Below are positions 58,244 through 64,000 of a DNA stretch of 64,000 bases, piece after piece. Under the pieces are notes generated by a model. The model was not told the DNA's origin. It did not search any database and saw nothing but the letters and a program-made list of their open reading frames with translations. How positions within the stretch are numbered: position 1 is the stretch's first letter; each line of letters opens with the position of its first letter. Where the stretch lies: assembly GCA_050295575.1 (NCBI GenBank), contig JBNKPX010000004.1, forward strand, positions 609 to 64,608. The letters run 5' to 3'. The position numbers were made by a program, and so were the translations under genes. This DNA comes from Gammaproteobacteria bacterium. GTDB lineage: Bacteria > Pseudomonadota > Gammaproteobacteria > GCA-001735895.

Positions 58244-58314
58244 AATAATCCTCCAGCCAGAATGCTCTGTTTAACTATCTGATAGCCCAAATTACAGGAA
58301 GAAACGACTTTATA

Positions 58315-59406
58315 ATGAAACCATCCAGTAAGTATGAAGAGTTTTTGCGGCAATCTGGTTTTCATCAGGATATTGCTCAACAACATGCCATATTTTTACT
58401 GGATAGTTTACAGGAGCAGCTACAACCTGTTGAGCAGAGCATTATTCAAAGAATTACCAGCGCTTTATCCAGCAGAAAAGGGAGCAACCCAGAAATTAAG
58501 GGACTTTACTTCTGGGGAGGGGTAGGTAGAGGTAAAACCTTTTTGATGGACATATTCTTTGAAACCCTGCCGGTTAAGCAGAAAAAAAGAGTCCATTTCC
58601 ATAAGTTCATGAAACAGATCCATGATGAATTGACACTTGCGAAACAAGGCCTGGATCCTCTAAGGAAGATAGCCTCTAAAGTTACTGATAATTGTAAGGT
58701 GTTGTGTCTGGATGAGTTTGTAGTGACTGATATCGGCGATGCTATGTTGATTGGTCGTTTACTATCCTTTTTATTTGAACAGGGCACCATTCTAGTTACT
58801 ACCTCTAATACACCGCCTGATGATCTGTACAAAGAGGGCTTGCAGCGAGCGAATTTCCTTCCAGCAATCGATTTAATAAAAAAACACTGTGATATCTGCA
58901 ACCTGGATGGCGGCAAGGATTATCGCATGCTGGGGTTGAAAGATACCGATTTATATCACTTCCCGCACGATGAAGATGCTTTATCCAGTATAAAGAAATT
59001 CATCCAGCTGCACCTTGTATCAGGTGAGTATCATCAAACCATAGAAATCAATAATAGACCGCTGCGCTATGAATACTGTGGTGAGGATACCATCTGGTTT
59101 AGCTTTGACGAACTGTGTAAAACTGCCCGTAGTCAGCTGGATTTTCTGGAAATCGCTCAACTTTTTGGAACGGTAATAGTGACGGGGATTGAACAGATGG
59201 GGAATGGTTCGAATGATTCTGCACGGCGATTTATTTCCCTGGTCGATGTTTTATACGACCATAGAGTTAAATTGATCTGTACCGCAGAGGTTTCTCATCA
59301 TGAGCTCTACACAGATGGCTTTCTATCTTTTGAATTTCAGCGCACAGTGAGCCGATTGCAGGAAATGCAAAGTCATAATTATATGCACGAGTCTCATATA
59401 ATTTAA
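58315..59406 (+). CDS. zapE: ZapE / AFG1-like ATPase
   Basis: GLYFWGGVGRGKTFLMD Walker A and LCLDEF Walker B. 363 aa. Confidence 0.85.
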   Translation: MKPSSKYEEFLRQSGFHQDIAQQHAIFLLDSLQEQLQPVEQSIIQRITSALSSRKGSNPEIKGLYFWGGVGRGKTFLMDIFFETLPVKQKKRVHFHKFMKQIHDELTLAKQGLDPLRKIASKVTDNCKVLCLDEFVVTDIGDAMLIGRLLSFLFEQGTILVTTSNTPPDDLYKEGLQRANFLPAIDLIKKHCDICNLDGGKDYRMLGLKDTDLYHFPHDEDALSSIKKFIQLHLVSGEYHQTIEINNRPLRYEYCGEDTIWFSFDELCKTARSQLDFLEIAQLFGTVIVTGIEQMGNGSNDSARRFISLVDVLYDHRVKLICTAEVSHHELYTDGFLSFEFQRTVSRLQEMQSHNYMHESHII

Positions 59407-60362
59407 TTTCTGTTCACCAGCTCTATCTCAGCAATCAGGGCGGCATGGTCCGAAAATCTGTAATCTATACTGGTGAACTTAAGGTTTTTTAGTTTGTGAT
59501 TTTTGCTATTACCGATGAGTAAATAATCGAGCTGTTGTTTGTGCTTTTTATAGATAAAGGAATAGCGTTGTTTTGCTGGAATGGATCGAGTCAGGTCGAT
59601 CAAATCCCTTTCTATAAGGTCTGTGCTTTTATATCCAGGCCGGACCTGATCAGGTTTACCTCGGATGATACCGGTTACATCTACAAACTTGTCTGACAAG
59701 GGCAGGGCGTTAAAGTCACCTACTATGACTAATCTGTGCTGAGGGTGAGAAAGCTGAAATTGATTGACCCATTTTGCAAGAGTTTCCGCCTGTTGTTTTC
59801 TTTTTGTTGCAACACGTTTACCCTGTTTTTTACTCCTAAGCTTGCGCATAGATCGTAGATGTACGTTAATTATCGTCACGCACTCAGCGATACAGACTTC
59901 AATGAGTAGTGGCGGTCTTGAAAAAAGGTAGCTATCAGAACTGCCAGAATGAAGGTTTTTAAATAGCTGCCTTTGTTGAGTAATTCGGTAACGTGTATTA
60001 ACTAGAAAACCGACATCAATTCCTGACATGTCATTACCTTCCATTAAAACAGCTTGATAATCTGAACCCTTCTTCTTAAGAGCCTCAGCTACATCCTTGA
60101 GTATATTCAGGTTTTCAACCTCCTGGAGGGCAATAATATCCGCCCTTTCAAAGCTGGTTGATATCTTCTCCGACAGCTTTTTAATACGTTTTAGATAGGT
60201 TTTGTGTGTTACAACTTTTTCGTGATTCCCGTCATCTTTGTCGTCGAAAAAGCGATTCATATTCTGAGATGCCAGAGTTAGTGCCTGTCCCGCATATAGT
60301 GGCACGCAGGCAAAGGTAGTGAGTAGCAGTAATATCTGAAAAGTGGTGACAATCTTAATCAT
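59403..60362 (-). CDS. Secreted endonuclease/exonuclease/phosphatase (EEP) family protein
   Basis: Signal peptide, LQEVEN, VIVGDFNA, and the C-terminal SDHAAL. Confidence 0.85.
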   Translation of the reverse strand: MIKIVTTFQILLLLTTFACVPLYAGQALTLASQNMNRFFDDKDDGNHEKVVTHKTYLKRIKKLSEKISTSFERADIIALQEVENLNILKDVAEALKKKGSDYQAVLMEGNDMSGIDVGFLVNTRYRITQQRQLFKNLHSGSSDSYLFSRPPLLIEVCIAECVTIINVHLRSMRKLRSKKQGKRVATKRKQQAETLAKWVNQFQLSHPQHRLVIVGDFNALPLSDKFVDVTGIIRGKPDQVRPGYKSTDLIERDLIDLTRSIPAKQRYSFIYKKHKQQLDYLLIGNSKNHKLKNLKFTSIDYRFSDHAALIAEIELVNRN

Positions 60363-60423
60363 TGATAGAATAAGTATCAGCTAATATACTAATGTGAATT
60401 CGGGTCATTATCAGGGGAATAAG

Positions 60424-61140
60424 ATGTTCAAGCTCATACAACAAAAAGGGTCATCCAGCGCCGGGCTACTCACAGCAACGGCTATTTTTATCGGCTTGCT
60501 GGTATATGCCAATCAGTTTGCATTTAATAATAGCGAAAACAGTTTCTTATCTTTATTAATTGATAAGACCTTCAATACTCATAAGAGCAGCGACAACGTT
60601 GCTGATCCATCCGTTGAAGTCCTATCCAGTGTGGATACTGATACAATTCAACCTTCTACACAAGGGATCTTTGAAACCCCAACACTGGCGCCGGAAGACA
60701 AAAAAGTGGATGTGAATTCTACGAGATCTGCAGAGCTAGAAAAACTGACTCCAGAGACTTCGACTGACATTGAGTTAGCGGCTAATCCGGCTTTGTCTCA
60801 GCCAGGCATAATGTCGGTAAATTATGTATCAGGGCATTGGTATGGTAAGCAGAGTTATGATGACCAGGCTGCTTTGGCCGCATATCATAATGCCTGGTTT
60901 AATACTGGCCAGCAATACTATTCAACGACCAGAGCCAATGGCCGAGGTAACGGTCGTGGGAAAATGAATGGAGATGGTGAATTTAACTTTTCAATGAAAT
61001 TTAAAGCCCGTGGTCGAATGGATGCGGACAGCGATTTTGATAGCAATCTGGTCGCTGATGGTAATGTCTATCAACAGAACCTATACAATGTGAATGCCTT
61101 CTACAACCCAGCTTATAGATATAACTACTACAGCTATTAG
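60424..61140 (+). CDS. Secreted or anchored low-complexity protein with a Gly/Asn/Tyr-rich C-terminus
   Basis: The ATG at 60424 follows AGGGGA. N-terminal hydrophobic helix. The C-terminus reads RANGRGNGRGKMNGDGEFNFSMKFKARGRMD...FYNPAYRYNYYSY. Confidence 0.6.
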   Translation: MFKLIQQKGSSSAGLLTATAIFIGLLVYANQFAFNNSENSFLSLLIDKTFNTHKSSDNVADPSVEVLSSVDTDTIQPSTQGIFETPTLAPEDKKVDVNSTRSAELEKLTPETSTDIELAANPALSQPGIMSVNYVSGHWYGKQSYDDQAALAAYHNAWFNTGQQYYSTTRANGRGNGRGKMNGDGEFNFSMKFKARGRMDADSDFDSNLVADGNVYQQNLYNVNAFYNPAYRYNYYSY

Positions 61141-61156
61141 GGCCTGTTAACAGGTC

Positions 61157-61957
61157 CTAAATAATATCGGTTAAATAGTCCTGCCATTGTTGATGTAAAA
61201 ACTCATCACTGGCGGCTATAACCTGTCTTGGTGTGAGAGAATGATTGAAGACAGGCTCTCCAGGCATTGAGCAACTTATACCTCCGGCAGATTCAAGCAG
61301 CAGGCAGCCAGCAGCATAATCCCAGAGCTTTTCTCCTCCATGCAGTAATAACTGTAACCTGCCTGCCGCTAGCCAGGCCCATTCTAGAGCACAGGTTCCT
61401 ATGTTGCGTTGTGACTTGAAGGGGATAGACCCAACAATATGCTGACTCACTGCTGGATCTAGTCTTTTGAAGTCTATACTAGCCAGACAGTCTTTCAGGT
61501 TTTTTGGCTGGGCTGGTTTTATCGCAGGGATGCCATTGATGCATAATGGTTCATCTTTAAGCGCGCTAAAGCACTCCTTCCTGACCGGGTCATAGATAAC
61601 CCCCAGGACTACTTCTCCATCTTCCACAAGTGCCAGTGAAACTGCAAATAGTGGTACGCCGTGATAAAAATTATTGGTGCCATCTACCGGATCCAGGCAC
61701 CAGAAAGCCTCGCCACCCTCAATGATTGTCTGCTGCTGAGAGTGAGTCATTTCTTCACCAAGCATAAGTATGTCAGGTATTAGTTTTAAAAGATCAGATG
61801 TAATACCACGTTGCATTCGGGTATCGATCTCTGTCACCAGGCTACCATCCAGTTTTATCTCTGCGCTTACCTGTCCAGAATACTGCGTTAATAAAGCGTC
61901 TGCATGTTCACAGACGATTTTTTCTATTGAGGGGAGTAATCTATTTACAGGTTTCAT
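61157..61957 (-). CDS. Inositol monophosphatase family protein
   Basis: WCLDPVDGTNNF and WDYAAG motifs. Confidence 0.85.
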   Translation of the reverse strand: MKPVNRLLPSIEKIVCEHADALLTQYSGQVSAEIKLDGSLVTEIDTRMQRGITSDLLKLIPDILMLGEEMTHSQQQTIIEGGEAFWCLDPVDGTNNFYHGVPLFAVSLALVEDGEVVLGVIYDPVRKECFSALKDEPLCINGIPAIKPAQPKNLKDCLASIDFKRLDPAVSQHIVGSIPFKSQRNIGTCALEWAWLAAGRLQLLLHGGEKLWDYAAGCLLLESAGGISCSMPGEPVFNHSLTPRQVIAASDEFLHQQWQDYLTDII

Positions 61958-62058
61958 AATTTTATTTTGTATTCCAATGGCTAATGCTTCTGATGAGAAG
62001 ATTATGTTGCTATAGTCAAATATCCTAGTTTACAGCTATTGGTCATTAAATATTCAAT

Positions 62059-63426
62059 ATGAACGCTCCAGCGTCCTTTAACAATCCCTTTTTTATTACT
62101 CGCCCAAGCGCAAACCTGATGGAAGACCTGCACCGACAGATCTCGACTGCTGGAGCGATTTGCCTGCTATATGGTGTTGAAGGTGTTGGTAAGACGCGAC
62201 TGATCAGACAGTTTATATCGACAAGGCTTGCGGGCCGTAAAGTCAAGTTTTGCAGACTCGACACAGATGGTTTTTTTCTGGATGATGATTCTCAATTACA
62301 TGCCTTTGATAGTCTGATGCAGACCCTACTTGACTCACCTTCAAGTAATACTATTTGGGTCATTGACCAGCTTGAGTTAGCCTCTTGCACGTTTATACAG
62401 CAACTGCTTCAATTCTGGTCACTACATGCGACTAAGCTAAATTGTGCTTTAATTCTTGGCTGTAGACCCAGGTATCTCGGTACTGTCTATAAGATATCAC
62501 AACAGCTTAAACTCAAGATCCCCAGTGTTGAGCTGAAACCTTTATCTAAAAGTGAAAGCCTGCAATATCTTTCAGCCCAGCTATGTCCAGATACAGATTC
62601 AGTTGCCTTATTATCCAGAGAATTAAGCAAAGAGTTCAAGGTAGCCTGTGGGGTTCCTGGGCTGTTAGACCAGATTATCCAGCAACATGCTGGTTTAATT
62701 GAATGTAGGCCGAAAACTTTGCATAACAGGAAGGTAAAGATCCTTTTATTATTAGCTGCTTCGATACTGATATTTAGTCCAGGTATATATTTAAATACGA
62801 GTAAATTTGATTTTATTGAGAAGCAAGCGACACTGCTAACAGATGCAGTAAAGGGGGATGAACCCCAGAGGCAGGAAATTAAGCAAACGGAAAAATCTGT
62901 AATTTCTGGCCTCGTTGAGTCTGTGATATTTGAACGGGAAGCGTTAATAACGGTAGATAAGGAAGCTGAGCTAGTCGTCTCTGCTGAAGATACAGGCCGC
63001 CCACTACAGGAGGAGGCCGAAGCAGTAGATCGGGTAGCTATAGAAAACAAAAAAATTGAACAAATACCAAGGCCACAGAATGTTTTAATGGAGCGATTAT
63101 CGGCTACAGATGAGTGGTTAAAGCTATCTCCAGATGAAACGGCAAGTATTCAGATTATGAGCCTGGTGTTAGGGAAGGAGCTACAAAACTCCCTGCTGGT
63201 TTTTTTACGCAGGTTAGCTACTGATGGTATCAATTTGCAGCAAATCTATATTTACGAGATGAATAAAGCTGGCGATCATATTTATGTGGTTTTGTTTGGT
63301 AGCTATGTAGACCGTTCTGAAGCCCGTAAAAAGATCAATGCTTTGCCATCCCCTCTAAAGGCCAATTCACCCATTGTTCGAACTGTCCTGGGCATTAAAA
63401 ATGAAATTGAAGAAGGTGAAAATTAA
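62059..63426 (+). CDS. ExeA-like AAA ATPase - TM helix - C-terminal SPOR domain protein
   Basis: Walker A GVEGVGKTRL, TM helix ILLLLAASILIFSPGIY, and the C-terminal IQIMSL...HIYVVLFGSYVDRSEARKKINALP (SPOR-like). Confidence 0.7.
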   Translation: MNAPASFNNPFFITRPSANLMEDLHRQISTAGAICLLYGVEGVGKTRLIRQFISTRLAGRKVKFCRLDTDGFFLDDDSQLHAFDSLMQTLLDSPSSNTIWVIDQLELASCTFIQQLLQFWSLHATKLNCALILGCRPRYLGTVYKISQQLKLKIPSVELKPLSKSESLQYLSAQLCPDTDSVALLSRELSKEFKVACGVPGLLDQIIQQHAGLIECRPKTLHNRKVKILLLLAASILIFSPGIYLNTSKFDFIEKQATLLTDAVKGDEPQRQEIKQTEKSVISGLVESVIFEREALITVDKEAELVVSAEDTGRPLQEEAEAVDRVAIENKKIEQIPRPQNVLMERLSATDEWLKLSPDETASIQIMSLVLGKELQNSLLVFLRRLATDGINLQQIYIYEMNKAGDHIYVVLFGSYVDRSEARKKINALPSPLKANSPIVRTVLGIKNEIEEGEN

Positions 63427-63586
63427 CTGTCGCCTGAATATATAGAGCAACAAAAAACAGCATAAATAATATTATGAGTCGATTGATTTGAATCAATAAA
63501 CAGGAATTAAGCAGACTAAATAGTTTATTAGTGTTTCATTATATAGCATAATGACCAAACCACTTAACTATAGGAAGGGGACAATA

Positions 63587-64000
63587 ATGTTTAACTATAT
63601 AAAAACTTTAATTGTAGGGCTGATGCTAATATTTTCTTACAGCGCCAATGCTTCTGATTTCTTTGGCGGCAACGATTGTCCACCCTGGGCATATGACTGT
63701 AATGATTGGCCAGAATGGACTCCAATGTACTGGATGGAAGAGATGAGCGACGAATTTGATAATGACAATGATTATTATGGATACGGCGGCCCAGGTCCAT
63801 ACGGCGGTATGCCTTACGGCGGACCTATGCCATACGGTGGCCCAGCTCCATACGGTGCTCCAATGCCTTACGGTGCTCCAATGCCATACGGTGGTCCAGC
63901 TCCATACGGTGCTCCAATGCCATACGGCGGCCCAGCTCCATACGGTGCTCCAATGCCTTATGGTGGCCCCGGACCATACGGTGCTCCTAGACCACCTCAG
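63587..64000 (+). CDS. Secreted protein with PYG(G/A)P(A/M) tandem repeats (3' end outside the window)
   Basis: Absent from the track because it has no stop in the window. AGGAAGGGG lies upstream of the ATG at 63587. Signal peptide MFNYIKTLIVGLMLIFSYSANA. A Trp/Cys-rich segment is followed by GPGPYGGMPYGGPMPYGGPAPYGAPMPYGAPMPYGGPAPYGAPM... Confidence 0.7.
   Translation, partial: MFNYIKTLIVGLMLIFSYSANASDFFGGNDCPPWAYDCNDWPEWTPMYWMEEMSDEFDNDNDYYGYGGPGPYGGMPYGGPMPYGGPAPYGAPMPYGAPMPYGGPAPYGAPMPYGGPAPYGAPMPYGGPGPYGAPRPPQ
63778..64000 (+). repeat. In-frame tandem repeat (18/36-bp period) encoding PYGGPAPYGAPM units
   Basis: Read directly from the sequence: ccagctccatacggtgctccaatgccatacggtggt recurs with synonymous variation. 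Confidence 0.85.

Overview
This window looks like a chromosomal segment from a moderately AT-rich, gammaproteobacterium-like genome. The taxonomic guess rests on gene content and synteny, not on a search. Most of it is densely packed housekeeping DNA: thrS-infC-rpmI-rplT-pheS-pheT-ihfA flanked by tRNA-Val and tRNA-Pro, nrdR-ribD-ribE-ribB-ribH-nusB-thiL-pgpA, scpA-scpB-rluB, uvrB, trpS, gltX, yciB-yciI, yciO, rsmJ, slyX and rsd. A sulfide:quinone oxidoreductase that closely resembles the Acidithiobacillus type suggests a sulfur-oxidising lifestyle. I found about 75 CDS and 3 tRNAs (Asn-GTT, Val-GAC, Pro-GGG). I saw no rRNA, CRISPR array, transposase, integrase or phage genes. The strongest candidates for new biology are these. 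(1) At 1-9514, a divergent cluster encodes a 21-heme and a ~14-heme cytochrome c, a predicted di-heme-b membrane protein, a SPOR/TPR/beta-barrel outer-membrane protein (missing from the ORF track because it runs off the window), a membrane-tethered ferredoxin-flavoprotein, a periplasmic Sel1/ankyrin protein and a ligand-less Rieske-like protein. Together they read like an uncharacterised trans-envelope electron conduit. (2) A conserved four-hairpin element with compensatory base changes sits between tRNA-Val and a 20-bp repeat of its 3' end, and again between tRNA-Pro and a 23-bp repeat of its 3' end. (3) A decayed duplicate of the sqr 3' end brackets a tiny PEP-CTERM gene. (4) A proteasome/HslV-like Ntn hydrolase is embedded in the riboflavin operon. 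(5) Two secreted low-complexity proteins rich in Gly, Tyr and Pro may be sulfur-globule envelope candidates. All functional calls come from motifs read by eye and remembered family signatures. No database search was possible.
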